In this document: piece by piece, positions 36,526-51,500 of the stretch
How positions within the stretch are numbered: position 1 is the stretch's first letter
Layout of the letters: each line of letters begins with the position of its first letter
Made by a program: the position numbers and the translations under genes
The notes under the pieces: model-generated
Told to the model about the DNA's origin: nothing
The model's database searches: none
The model's input: the letters and a program-made list of their open reading frames with translations, nothing else
From: a virus
DNA: 64,000 nt
IMG/VR virus record: IMGVR_UViG_3300020182_001907
Reading direction: 5' to 3' (one strand)

Positions 36526-39500
36526 ATGGCTGATAAAATTTATAAAAAGTTACCGGCAGTTCTACAAACGACAACGATCAAAAACTTTTTTGAGAATACT
36601 GTAGAACAACTGTTTAGCAAGCAAGACGCAGAAATAGTTCAAGGCTTTATAGGATCACCTAGTAACGAAGATGTTAACGCCAGAGGACAGTTTTTAACTG
36701 AACCAACTGCTACAAAACGTTTTTACGCCTTAACTCCAACAGTTAATACTATTAATAGTGTAACAGCTAAGAGTGAGAACTTTTATTTTTACGACGAAAT
36801 AATAGATACACTTCATACTTACGGAGTGGATACTCATAATCATAATAAAATATTCAGTTCAGAATTTTTAACATACTTGCCGCCGATAGACATCGATAAA
36901 TTTTTAAACTATCAAGAATACTACTGGATAGAAAACGGACCTAACACAATTACTATAACTCCTACAGCAGATGTAGTACTAGACATAGACAATGAAGTGA
37001 TAGGCAAAAAGGAATTCACTTACGGATCAGTTAACCTGCGTAACGGAATGATTCTTCAGTTCTCAGGTGATAACTGTGTACCTGCTAGCCGAGTAAATAT
37101 TGAATACATTGTGCAAGGCGTAGGTACTGCAATACAATTAATACAAAAAGATCTAAACAATATTACTTCTTACACTAAAGATAAAGATTATATCCTACAA
37201 GCTAGGGGAGCAAAAAATCAAAATTTATGGAGTAGAATTAACTACTGGTATCATGTAAATAATTTCCGTGACGCAGGTCAAGACTTGCCTCCTAGAGTTA
37301 ATCGTGCAAACAGACCTATCCTAGAATTTGCACAAGAATTAGAACTATTTAATCACGGAACTGAGTTTGCAACCGTTGTAGATTTAGCAACCAACGCCCC
37401 CCTTAATCAATTAGATGGATCACTTGCCGACGCACAGCTGACAGATGAAAATGTAATAGGCAAAGAATTTATATTTTTAAATCAGTCTGAGCTAGAAGTG
37501 GGAAATATTGTGCACACGGCTATTGAAATAGATTCAAACACAGCACCGCAATTAAATATAACAGACGTTACTGGCACATTTAACGCAAACATTGATTTAA
37601 ACTGGACTAGATCAAAAAATAAGTTAGGGTATGAATTATCGTCTATAACAGTACTTGACCAAGGCTCGTCAATCACTTCCTTTCAACTTCTTGATCTGGA
37701 CTACGCCCTCTTAGAAGAAGGCGATGTAGTCACTACAAGTACTATAAACATTGTAGCTCCAGTAACTTCTGTGTTGCCAGGAATGGCTGTTTGGATTCCG
37801 GCAGTTGGTACTAATGGCGAATACACTTATGGTATTGTAGATACTGTTGACACTGTAAATAGAATTATTACTACTGTAGAACCGATAACCATTTATCGTA
37901 ACCTAGCGCTCCAGACACCCTATATAGCCTTTACTCCAATAATAGCTACTATAACTTCACCATATGGATCAGATGCAATAGTAGCAATCGGTTCATTCGG
38001 CGGCCTTGTTTACGAAGCGCTCAGTTTTGTATTAAATCCAGGCGCTGGGTATTATACTGAAGGCTCAATTAAAGTACAGCAAGTAGGCGACCCTATATTA
38101 AATCCTAGCGGTATCACTGAAGAAAATTTAGCGTTTGTCCCTTACAAAATAGATGTTGATAAACCTGTACAGGTTTCTCTGGGTTCTAATGCAGGTAAAG
38201 AATTTAAATGGGATGTTACAGGCTGGTTACAGTGTCAGGAGAAACTGTACTTAAACCAACCACCACTGTTTACACTTTATGACACCCAAGGAACTTACTT
38301 AGGCGATCGCCCAGGCAATAATTTTGCAGGCAGTAAAATATTTGGTTATGCGACCGAAGTACCAGCAAACGCACAAAACATTTCCAGAAGTGTTGTTGAA
38401 GACACTGAATTAGGTTTTAATTTTATATTTGAAAACTTTAAAAGCGGTAGCGAAATATTATTTGATAATTTTCAAGAAACAATAAGATATTCAGACAACC
38501 AAGGCGAGATTAACGGTTACTATTTTTATAAAATGGTTAGCGATGATGTCGAATCATATGAAACTTACATGCGAACTGTGCCAGTGAAAACTCGGCAGAG
38601 TATTGTAAGCAGCTATCTGGTAAACAAGTTTGATATTGATGGGGTACAACAAGAATGGTATATTGGCGGAGTCCCAGATGTAGACCAAAATTTAAACAAT
38701 GGGTACGATATAACAGTCACAGTCAATGGAATAAAACGAACCGATTGGACTTACAATCTAAATAGAGCAGGGTATATTAAATTTGACACGTTCAATTTAA
38801 TCGAATCTGATTTTATATACATTACAGCAAATTGCACTACGGGATTAATTAGCGAACGCACTACTAGTAAATATGAACTTCCGTTAGCATTGTACAGTAA
38901 CATCTTTAATGAAGACATAAACACAATCAGCCAGCCAAGTTATGCAGGCCATTTTGCAAATTACATGCAAAGGCAACAAGGGTTTACTGGCGAAGTCTAC
39001 GGCATCAATAATTTCAACGACACTAAAAAAGACATCAAGCATGCAACCGATATAATAGTAAGTCAAGATGATTTAGTATTAGGTGCATTTTTACTAGATG
39101 ATCAACCACATAATTTAGTTGATGCGCTACGTTTCAATGCTAATGAATATATCAAATATAAAAACAGATTAATTAATGAAATTAACAAGTATTACAGTAA
39201 CGAGTTTAATGAAGATTTGTCAGTAGAAGAAACTCTAGAAAATATTATTAAGAGAGTGATTTCTTATAAAGTAAGTCAGGATGTTTTTAACAGAACTTAC
39301 GTGGTACCATTTGGCGATATCTACGACGTACAACAATTTTCAATTGCATTAGATCAAACACAACTTACACTTACAACCGACTTGGATTTAAACAAAATAG
39401 AAAACTCCGTTATGGTATATAGAAACGGTGTGTTATTGACAGCAGATGTTGATTACACGTTTAGTAGTCTTACGTTTCCAGTAACAATTGACATATCTAC

Positions 39501-42500
39501 AGAGTTAGTAATTAACGATACTATCACTGTGAAAATATATAATGTTTTAAGAGATAGCGCTCAATGTCCTCCAACTCCTAGCACAATGGGCTTATATCCG
39601 TTGTTTATTCCTAGAATCGAACAAGACACCAGCTTTGTAACTCCTATCACAGTATTAGTGGGACACGACGGTAGTAGAACTCCTGTTAACAACGATGACA
39701 GAGACACGTTGCTGTTAGAATTTGAAAAAAGAATTTATAACAGTGCAAAAAAAGAATTTAGGAAATCTAACAGTTTACCTGAATATAATTATGCTGATGT
39801 TCGAGCAGGTGCTTTCAGAGAAACAGGGTATACTGTAAAAGAATGGAGCGATATATTAAGATATTATTTTATCGAATGGTCCAGAGCAAATGAACTAGAT
39901 TATATCATTAACGAGTTTTATGATCAAATTAACAGTTTTACCTGGAACTATAACACAGAATTACCCGGACATTGGAAAGGTTTATACGAATATTACTATG
40001 ATACTATAAATCCTCATACTAGTCCATGGGAAATGTTAGGATTCACAGAAAAGCCATCATGGTGGGATACAGAATATGCACTGTTCATAGAAGACGATTT
40101 TGGGTTAAACATTCCATATGTTAATTACGGCTCAGTTAATACCAAGATGTGGAAAGATCTTGAAGAAGGTATTATACGCCAAGGCCCACGTGAAAACGTA
40201 ACTAACAATTTATACTTAGAAAACAATCGTTTTAGAAGAATGGGATTAAATGCAGTATTACCAGTAGGCAGCGATGGTAATTTAAAATCGCCTGATCAAG
40301 TTATGACTACTGAAAATGTTACTCGCAGTATTTCATATACAAACACTGACACTGGTAATCATGACGCAAACTTTGCGTTTAGAACAAACAAATTTTATAA
40401 TTTAAACGGCATTAATGTTAGTTGGGACAACGACAACGTGTATGTACAAGGTAGAGGTATTCCTGTTTACAGCGATGAAAACCAACCAATTAATGTATCG
40501 GGTGAACAATCACTTAGTGACATACCCATACTCAGCCAAGATATATCATATTGCGTACCAAGAAAACCACTCACGGATCTAGGTGTTAATGTTGAGACAT
40601 GGAACGATGCCGATTATTGGGATGATTCTGCAACCTGGAATGATACTTCTCTCACTGCACTGGGTAATGCCAGTAAGATGAGCAATGACGCTATAGCAGT
40701 ATTAGTTAACGGCTTACCGTTGTACAATTTTTACGATGAAAACACTACTTGGGAATCTCAAGGCAGTTGGCATTATGATAACAATCGTTTAGGTGAAGAC
40801 AAATCTATAGACAGCGAAGGATTGTTACACTATAATAAAATCACTCCAGAAGTAGCAGGATTGAGCTCATGGAGTACTACAGAACATTCACCCATAGTAG
40901 GCTGGGCATTTGACGGTTTGCCTATATATGGTCCGTATGGTTATGCTGATCCTCTTGACAGCAGTAGTGCTATCGTGAGAGTAGAAAGTTCATGGAAACT
41001 ACGTAGAGAAAATCCTACGTTTGGTACTAGACCTGGATCAGTTGGCGGAGCATTTTCGGGGGTATTTGTAGAAGATTATTACTTTGACGAAGATTTCTTC
41101 TCTGAAACACCACACGCAGCCGATGAATTTAATGCAGTGTTTGGTGTTACTCCTGATAGCGAGCAACCCTTTTATCACTATGTTGCAACATTAGATAACA
41201 ATTTAAAGCCAGCATTTCCTTATGCTGTCGGTGGCGGTGTGCAAACTCGCACAGTTGAAGGCCTGTTTTTTAATGCATGGTCTAACACTTTTAGATTCCA
41301 AGCCAGTAATACCAGAGGTATTGCTAGAATAAACGTATTAGATCCAGGGGGTTTGTACACCCAGGGTAATACATCAGTAGTCATAGAAGGTGACGGCTCG
41401 GGAGCAACTGCTAATGTTGTTGTTACAGACGGCGGAATTACCAGCGTTGTGATTACTAATAAAGGGAAAGATTATAACACTGCAACTGCTGCAATAGTAG
41501 GTGATGGCGTCCGTGCTGTAATTGAAATTATTATAGACACTGAAGATAATAACAGTAACAATTGCGAAGTAAATGTGTCAGCGACTTCTGCCCTAGTAAG
41601 TGTTGAAAATCTAACAGTTACTTCTAATCGTAATTTAGACAAGAATTGGAAATTTGGTGACGGTGCGCCTGTTGAGCAAGCATGGAAATATTCATCTGGC
41701 TATCCTTTTGCAGTAACTGAAGCATTGTTATTAAGCAAGCCAGGTAAGTTTGCTACTGTGTTTAGTAATCCTATTAAAATTGCTAGAACTCCAGTCAATA
41801 AAAGAATTTTGGTTAACATTGACACAAATAAATCTTGGCATTTTTCAAATCCAAGCGAGTTCCAAATACATGGCGAAATAGTGGATAATGTGTTTACAAC
41901 AAATATTGGCTACACTCAGTTTATTAACAGTTGGCTAACTTTTCAAAGATTAGACACCAACATAGATTTTGCTGAAAAGATTAGAACATTGAATGTTAAA
42001 CTATCTCATCGTATGAGCAGTTTTATAGACCAAGACACACTAACAGCAAGAACGGATCAGTACAGTATCCAAGGAAGTGCTAGCAGTTTAATAATTCCTA
42101 AAGATGATTTATCTGTTGACTTACACAGTAGTAACTATAAATCAAGAAACTTTTACAGCGGAGTTATTGTTCAGCGAAGTTCTGAAGGATATATTGTTAC
42201 TGGTTTTGATAAAAACCGCGGATATTTTGAAATATTAGAAAGCGACAGGCAAGGCAGAAGTAACAGAGTTGAAGTTGGCGGATCACCAGCAGGATACAGC
42301 CAGTGGCAACCTAACCTCACTTATAATAAAACTGCTATTGTAGAATACCAAGGAAGATATTTTCAAGCAAGAGTTAGAATAACGGGCGGAGAAACCTTCG
42401 ACAGAGATCTATGGGCACCACTTGCATCTTTACCACAATTGAATGCTGCTAGAGGTACTAGATATCAAAATACTACTGGAATAGTTCGAAGAATATATTA

Positions 42501-45500
42501 TGGTACAGAGTACACTAATATTGATGATGTATATGACTTTTTAATCAGTTTAGGAAGATTCAATGAACTTAGTGGTTTTCAGTTTGGAGAATACGACATC
42601 TCAATAAGCGATATTAGAAATTGGGATTATGCTGCAAAACAATTCCTATTTTGGACCACAGGAAATTGGGAAGTAGGAAACACATTAGAACTTAGTCCTG
42701 CAGCAACACAAATTACGTTTGAATCCCCTGACAGAGGCTTTGTTGCAAAAATAAATCGTACAGATAGGCAGCAATTTACTCTTGTAACTGAAGATGGTAG
42801 TATTATTGATGCAAGTGAATGTGAAATTGTTAGATCGGATAGAATGATCTCTATTAAACCGCCTGCAGGAAAGCAAATATATGGTGTAATGTTGTATGTA
42901 AAAGAAATAGAACATGTGATAAGTTTCAATAACACAACGCAATTTAATGATATTATATTCAGCAGTTTGCTCAATCAACGACAAAGCAGAATAAAATTAA
43001 AAACTAAACGTACTAAAGATTGGGATGGCCGATTAAACGCATCAGGATACATTGTTGACGGTGGCGAATTAATACCTAATCCTGATAACTTAGCAGAAAA
43101 TCTTGGACGCTATCATGAACTAGGGTTTGTGCCTGTACAAAAAGATGTCTATGATGCAAGTAGAGCATTGTACGGATATGTACCAAGAGAATATTTAACA
43201 GAATTGGATGTACTTGATGATCAACAATTTGATTTTTACAGAGGTATGTTACAGAGTAAAGGTACGCAAACCAGTTTAACTCGAATTGCTAAGAGCAGCA
43301 GTATACTGGATGGCGACATAACTATTTTTGACGAATGGGCGCTTAAGATTGGCGAGTTTGGCGACACTAGTAACAACCAGCACGTAGAGTTGAGACTGGA
43401 AAAAACAGATTTAAAACAAGATCCCCAGTTAATTACACTAAGCTTTCCAGAAGATATTACTAATGTAGTAGAAAGTATTGAAGTTGTAGATGCAAGATAT
43501 ATATACACTGAAGCGCCAGCTATCGAAATAGCTGCACCTTTATCTCCTGGCATACAAGCAACCGCGCAAAGTTTTTTAAACACTGATGGTACGCTAAGTC
43601 ATATAGAGGTTACAGAGCCTGGTAGTAATTACTCACTAGAAGGTGTAACGTCTAATGTTATTGCTTCTGATGTAACACTATATGATTTAAACAGCGACTT
43701 TGACTATGCAAGCACTACTAGCACAAATTATGTTAATCTTTCTGTTAACCAGATTGATATTACTATAAGTGTTAACGGTAGTTCGTCAACTCTTGTTTCT
43801 ATTCCTAGCGCAAATCCGGGTGTGGTAGATGTATTACCTGCCGACATAGTTTCAGCATTAGAAGATGCATTTCCAGAGGAACTGTTTGTTGTTGCTAGAG
43901 AAACACATGACCTTTCAGGTAGCGTAAAATGGTTGTTTACACTGCTAGCAACAAACGAATTAGTAATTGATGACGGAAATGATTTGTTACTTACAAACGG
44001 CACTTATATAAACACTCAGCGATACAGATTAGACAGCACTGTACAACAAGGAAGTAATGTAACAGTTGCAAGTGATATAACTGTGACTGTGGCTAATGTT
44101 GTTGTTTCAGATTCAAACTGGGACTTTGATTTAGGACAAATTGTGTCTACTAACCCAAGTAGTAGTACGCCAGTAATTAGCAATACAAAACGTCAGCAAG
44201 GAGACGTTGACTCTGTAACGTATACTGCTATTTTCAACATGTACGGCGAACCCGGTTCAACTGAGAACGGGCAGTTTGAACTACTTCCACTATCACTACA
44301 GGGATCTGGCACCGGAGTAATATTTAATATAATAACTGTTAGTAGAACTAACATTGGCGGCGCACCATACGGATCAGAAACCTGGCAAGTAGAGATAGAT
44401 ATCACGATACAAAACCCTGGACAAGATTATGTTCTAGGAGATACATTTATTTTAAGAAGCTCACTGTCGTTACGAGAACACCAAGTAGTAACAGTAGATG
44501 CAATTAATAATGCATACGATCTTAGAGAATATACCTTAATTAATAATAACGCTAGTTTAGACTTAGGTCCTGCATTTGCTACAGAGAATTTACAGATTGA
44601 TAATTCTGGACAGTATAAATTTATTGAAGTATACATAGACGATCAGAAGATTGAAAATTTTGCAGACGGTGGAACAGGTGCAGGGACTTTATACGTTATA
44701 GATAATGGCGGCGCTGGTGGAACAGGAAGAATACAATTTCCTGATATTAGTAGACTACCTATAGCACTGTTAACATATCAGTTTAATCCTCCGTTAAGTG
44801 AACCTGTACCTAACGGATACCAAAGAGAAACATATTTTAGTCTTACCTCAGCTAACACAATTAAAGTTGTAGAATCAAGCACTATACAATTTAATGCTGG
44901 ATTTACTGACGATATTGCTGAATCAGACATTAGAATTAAAGTAACAACACAAGACGGAATTGTTACAAGAATTGGACAAGTACGAACATATGAAGTAACC
45001 CGAGATCAGAAAAACGATAATATACTTTTTGTAGATATTGACAATACAGAAAGATTCCTAAAGAAACCAACAGGCGTAAGGACTAATAATTTGTGGGCAA
45101 CTACAAATGCAGTAAATGCAAGCGGTATTACCGACCAAGCATATCCTACAGTACTTAACGCAGGATACGTTGCAACAGGTAATGTAGAATATCAAAGTTT
45201 TGATATAGCTAGCTTGCCTGATCTTTACGACGATAATATATTAATTAAACCATATAGCGGTAGCCATATTCATATGGCAAAAGACGATCACAATGATTGG
45301 AATGTATATAAACTGTTAAACATAGGCAGTGATGTTAGTTTCCTGAGTAAAAACCAATCAGGCAATGTAAGTCTTTACACTGACAAAAGTTTGTTTAACT
45401 TTATAGATACTAACCAGATAGGACAGCCTAACACTGGCAAGTTCATGGATTATTATATCACACTTGATAATGCAAACGTAAGTGATAATGTTTTGGTGTG

Positions 45501-48500
45501 GAGTAATGAAGAAGTAGTATTAACTGAAAGCAGCACTGTAGAAGACGTACAAGCACCTAGGATGGTTGAAGCATTTATAAAGAGCATCGGACCATCTGAC
45601 TTATTGAGTATCACTAGTGTTGATCCTATAGTAGGCGGTTATGTAAACAACCTTACACTAATACCACAGTTGGTTAGTGATACAGTAATTGTTACCGGTT
45701 CCTTCAATGGTAGAATTAACGAAGGTGATGCTATAACTCTGCTTGATAATTTAGGTACTAACTATAGCAGTAATGTTTCAGCAGGCGCCGCTACCTCTTC
45801 AACCGACGGAAAGTTAACATTGTCTGCTGACAATGAAGATGTACTTTTACTTGATCCTTTAGTAACAGCAGCAGGTGCCGGAAATTTATATGTTACGCTT
45901 AATGTCCAGGTCAGTGACTATTTGTATGGAGAGTATACAGCAAACGCATCTACATTAACATTAGAAGACAAGCTAAATTTTGAATTAATCACAGCAATAA
46001 ATGGCAAAAAGTTTGCTGTTGACTCGGTGAGTACGGGCAGTAACACTGTTACATTAACAGACCCTAAAGGAAAGGATAGTAATTTAGCAGATAATTATAT
46101 TTTTACTTCTAATCTAGCTGCTAATTTAGAGACTTCAGGTTACACTGTTACCGTTTACGAACAATATACGCCTCTTAGCGGTAATTATTTTATAGCTGCT
46201 AATGTAACTTACAACAGTTTTGAAATTGAACGTCCTGGTACTGCTCCTAGTACCAATGTTACCGGGGCACTGTTGAATAAATCTAGAATAACAACTAGTG
46301 CACCGCACGAACTATTTCCAGGAGATATTGTTAGGATAAACACTCCAAACGTATCAGGCACTTTTAGCATAGACACGGTTACCGCCAACACAATGGATTT
46401 AGGTGCCCGATGGCTTCCAGGATATGTTAGTGAGTCAGGCAATATTGTTAAAAAAGGAATCAAGATAGAAACAGTTGCACCACATGGCATTAGTTCGTTG
46501 TATGCTAAATCAGATAAACGAATAGCAGTACACTTTGTGTCGCCACTGTACTATAACAAGGTGTACTATGTAGATAGCGTCACACCAACAACATTAATCA
46601 TAAACAATGTGTGGCCCAGAACTGACACTACTCATGTATTCTACGAGGAAAAAGTTGCACAACTAAGTAGTTCTGCACTGTTTGACAAAGAAAATCCTGA
46701 TTATGAAAATGCTACTAATATTATAGAGATAGTAGAGAATCCTCTGCTCAGTGATTATCAAGCAACGTGGGACAGTAATTCGTCAATATTAAGTGACGGT
46801 ATGATTAATTTTTATGGAAATGTTGTTATTATTTCTCCACGTGCACTACCTAGTAATACCAGCGTAAGCACAGGTATAACATTAGTTAGATCAGTAAAAA
46901 GAGAAACTAAATTCCCTGTAGTGACAACACTTGATCATAATAGAATTAATATGAACGGTAGTGAAATAACTGTTGACAGCTATAATAACTTGTCTGGTAT
47001 GAACGAAGCTATTAATAGAGCTATTGCTCTGCGCCGAGCATACACTGACTTAACACAACCTACTAGTGCAGGATTTCGATTAGCATTCAATATGTTAACA
47101 GATCCTTTCACTCCTGTTGCACAAACCAGCTCAGGTAATAAGCTACCAGCAGCATTTATTTCTAATTATGGTCCTTACGTGCGTGATGCAGAGACGATTA
47201 ATCGATTAGGAAACCAAAATGCACAAGCAACTGGCGAATTAAAAATTGCTGACACTGTAGAACAGATATACAATGAAAACTTTAACCAAGGGCCGAAGAT
47301 AGCTGGTCCTACTCAAGGATTAAGTTACACTGATGCTATAACAGGAATCAAGTATAACTGGAGCCCAAGTATAAAAGATTACAGAGCAGAATATACTGCT
47401 CAGCAGGAATTAGAAGAACAAAGCATCACTAATACTGTTGAATACCCTGATCCAGAAGGACATATAACAACAATTCAAGGACCTGCAATATCAAGTTGGA
47501 GTTCGGAAGGAATATTATATGAAGTACCTGGTGTATATGGAGATATTGCATATCCTGAGGGTAGTGTGGTAATTTACAATTCGCAATATTGGATTGCGCT
47601 AATAGATATAATGTTGTCAGACAATACTACATTTGGTTCTGACGGCGGTAATCCGTATCAAGATCGTGAATTTCCAGATCAAGACCTAATACGCACTAAT
47701 ATTAATGGCAAATTTGTTTACACTTGGCGAGCAATTAACAATTCAGATGCTATTAAGTCAGCAATAAATGAACAGCTAACTCTTACTACCTTGCCTGGCA
47801 CTGGGACTAGTACAGCAAATATACCAGGAGTAAAACGTAAGAGTTATAACATGCTTGAAAAAACTGATTTAAACGGACTGCTAGTACAACCTAGCTACAA
47901 TGATCCGGTCGGCACAGTCATACCAAGATACAGATTACAGCCCAATCAGTATAAATCATATGCAATTTATCAAGCTGTAAGGAACGACAATAATGACATA
48001 TATTACATAAAACTAGATGAGGTTAGCCCGCCATTAACTCGACATGATTTTTATAGGACTATAAATGCATACAGTAACTTTAGTGGGTACGAAGCAGTAG
48101 ACTTTTATTATACTAATAATATTACATTAAGCAATTACCTGGATGTTAATCAGAGAATAACCTACAACCGTGATCCGTTAAAGATGAAACAGACTGGTTA
48201 TGTGTTAGAAATAGGACCAGCAGAACCTGCATCTTTTATAGGCAAGCAATTGCTCGCAGAACCATTTGCTGTTTCAGGTGGCAACAATACTAATGCAATT
48301 GAAAACTTTAGAAACTTACCATACTTGGAAATAGCGTCATCAGATCAAAATGGTAGTTTAGGTAAAGCAACAATTACGCTAGGCAATGAAAATGACAACG
48401 CAAACGGATATAACAGTTTCTTATTGTGGACGCCGGGACTAACACCAGGTAAGTGGGAGCCTTCACCAGAAGGCCCTGGCCCATTAAATGGATACAACGG

Positions 48501-51500
48501 CGTTCCAGTATCAGCAGGCTTCGGCAAGGGCTATTACAGTGCTGGCGATGGCCACACTGATGCAGGTAACTATCCTGGTTACACAGTAAAATACGATCGT
48601 CCAATTCCTAGATTTGTATATTCTAAAAATTATAAAGTAAGTCCTCCTGTAACTAATAGAGATGACACATTAGAATACATACCTCTAACAAATACTGATT
48701 TAGGTGAGCTTGGATTACGTCCAGATCAGATATATGTAGCATGTTTTTGGACTGAACCTTTCGTTTATACTAATCAACTAGTTGGATATAATAACAATAA
48801 CATTGACAGTTCCGGCAAACCGGCACCAATTTACAGCGATTATGAAGGCACTGTTGTTAGGTTTAAGTATATTAGAATTACAGAGTTACCAGCAAATGCT
48901 ATAACACGTAGATTAATCCCTGATACAGGTTGGGGTGGTAAACCTTGGTCAAATAGAATAGTTGACAATGTAGGTGTGCAATTTACCAACGACAATGAAA
49001 ATCAAATTTGGGATTTATTTAAGCCAGCAGACGTATCAGCAGGTACAACAACAGAAGCATTAACAACAGCTACTGTACAAAACACTGCTGATGCCCCTAC
49101 CGGCGAACAAATTCAAAGTAGCACTGCTCCTGAAACGCAGCCAATATTCGTTCCTACTACAGCTTTAGGACCAGTTATTACAGGCGGTGTGCTTGATGGA
49201 CTTACTGGTCCGTGTGACACTGTGCAACAACCTGGGGATCCTGAGTCAGGCATCGGCGGCGATTGCGATAAAGTTCCTCAGGAATCAGTACAAGCTTTAA
49301 CACTTACTAAAGACGATATGGAGCTGATATCAGATCCTACAATCATCAGTGATTATAATGTATACTATAAAACAGTTAAGATTGCAGGAAGCCGCTCGCC
49401 GTTTACAGTATTTTTTAACTCAGGAGGTAGCTCAATTGCTCTAGGGTTAACACAATCCAAAAATATATACACTCCAACTGAAACAACTGTTCAGGCACAG
49501 TTTGGTGGAGAACAGCCGTTTATTAAAAATAATACAGGTACTAGCAGAGCAGGAAGTCTACAAGGACAAGTGTTCGCATATGGAGACATTAATACTGGCG
49601 TACCTGTTACTAACATTGTTAGTAATGCATTAGGATTAATAACAAACGCACCGTTACCTGGCATACAAACTTACACTGCTGCTGGTAGCGAAGTAACATT
49701 CCCTAGCATAACTGGGTCAGCATTCAATTTGCTATTCCCAGATAACGAAATGGCTGTAAGTGGTATCGGGTTTATCAGAGAAGAACAATTAATTTGTAGT
49801 GTACCTGGACCATATGTGACTGTGTTTGTTGCAACAGATAGTCGCGCTAGCACCGATGACTTCACACTAGTATTAAGTTACCTCAAAGAACTTGTAGTTA
49901 CAGAAGAAGTAGCTCCAATAACTGGTGAGTGCACGGACGACGTTTTAACAAACAGCAGAAACTATTCTGCTGGCGCAACTGTAAGAGCATGGAGCAACAA
50001 TGTAACTCCTCTAAATGGAACGTTTAGTACTATATTTGCAAATTCCAGTGGCAATCCCATATTATACGATTTTTTTAGTAGTATATCTGAATCAGGCTCA
50101 GTAACATCGTTTGTGGATTTTAGATCTAGAGTGGATAATATTTATTGGACAGCAGGAGCAGCCGATTCTCCTTATGCAAATAAAGATACTTATAAAGCAT
50201 TAGAACTGCAAATACCTCTAGGAACTAGAACTGGCTTTACATACGACACAATTGATAACTGGGCCGACACTCCGAACCCAGATGTAGTTAACCTCACTTC
50301 TCATGTGGATAAAACTAATAATTTGCTGGTGTCAGAAAACATAGTTAATGCGTTTAATACTCCTGTTAAAGCAGGAAATACGAATAGTGGTTCTACTATA
50401 GAACTTAAAGGTTATTTTAGAGCACCTAAAACAGGCTGGTATAAATTTGATAATATAACCAATGAAACCGAAAATCTATCTAGGTCGTGGATTTGGGTAA
50501 GTTCGGCAGCTGATCCTTCTAACAGTTTAACACATGTAAACTCCAGGATTTTATGGAAAAGATACGGGGTTGATGATGCTAAACTTCAAATAGATTCTGC
50601 AGGGAATGAAACAGCAGTAGCAGAAGAATATTTTGTAAATGACGGCTACCAATTAACTGGTGACGAAACTCAGGAGCAATATATTAATAGTGTAGCATAC
50701 CACAGAGACAATGCAGCTAGTTCACATACTCATTCACAGACCGGTCAAACTACAGTGATTTTCTTAAAAGAAGGATCATTTTATTTTACTAGAGCATTAG
50801 CTACTAACCACCTAGTAGAAGCAGTGATGCACTTGCAGTATGCGTTTAGTGATGCACCAGAAAACTTGCTCCCTAGTTCAACTAATTTTACTACTGGACG
50901 TTTAGGCTTCTCAGGAAGAACTTGCGCTGCTGATATTCAGGATAATGCACCTCCAGTAGTGCAGGATCCTGCACAACCAATAGATCCAGTGACTAATCCT
51001 GCACCAGTTTATGATTGCTTTGGAACACCTATCGGTCAAAATTTTAACCTTTATCAAACTTCTACAACACTAGCAATTGATGTATCATATGAAGGCGAAT
51101 CAGGGGTATATAGTTATATTGACATTAACGATGGTGCTGTTAACACTTTAGATTTTTATACTAATACAGATCCTAACTTTTCAGGAACAATACCTACGTC
51201 TATTACTACTAGTATTGCAACGTTTTGTACAGCTGATTTAGCTGCTTGCATAACCAATCAGTTAACATCACAGTATGCTGGACAATCATTAAACGACCAA
51301 CAAAAACTTGCAATTATAAATTCATGTAGCAATGTTACACAGGAACCAGAAACACCTATATATCCTGCGGACCAAGGTAACGATCCAGATAATGCTGAAC
51401 AAACACAAGAAATTGTTTTCGAGCCATTAATAGATGATCGCCAAGATGTGCAGAGAGGGTGGACTGGTGGTATTGCAACCTCAGAGCAAGGGCAAACCAG

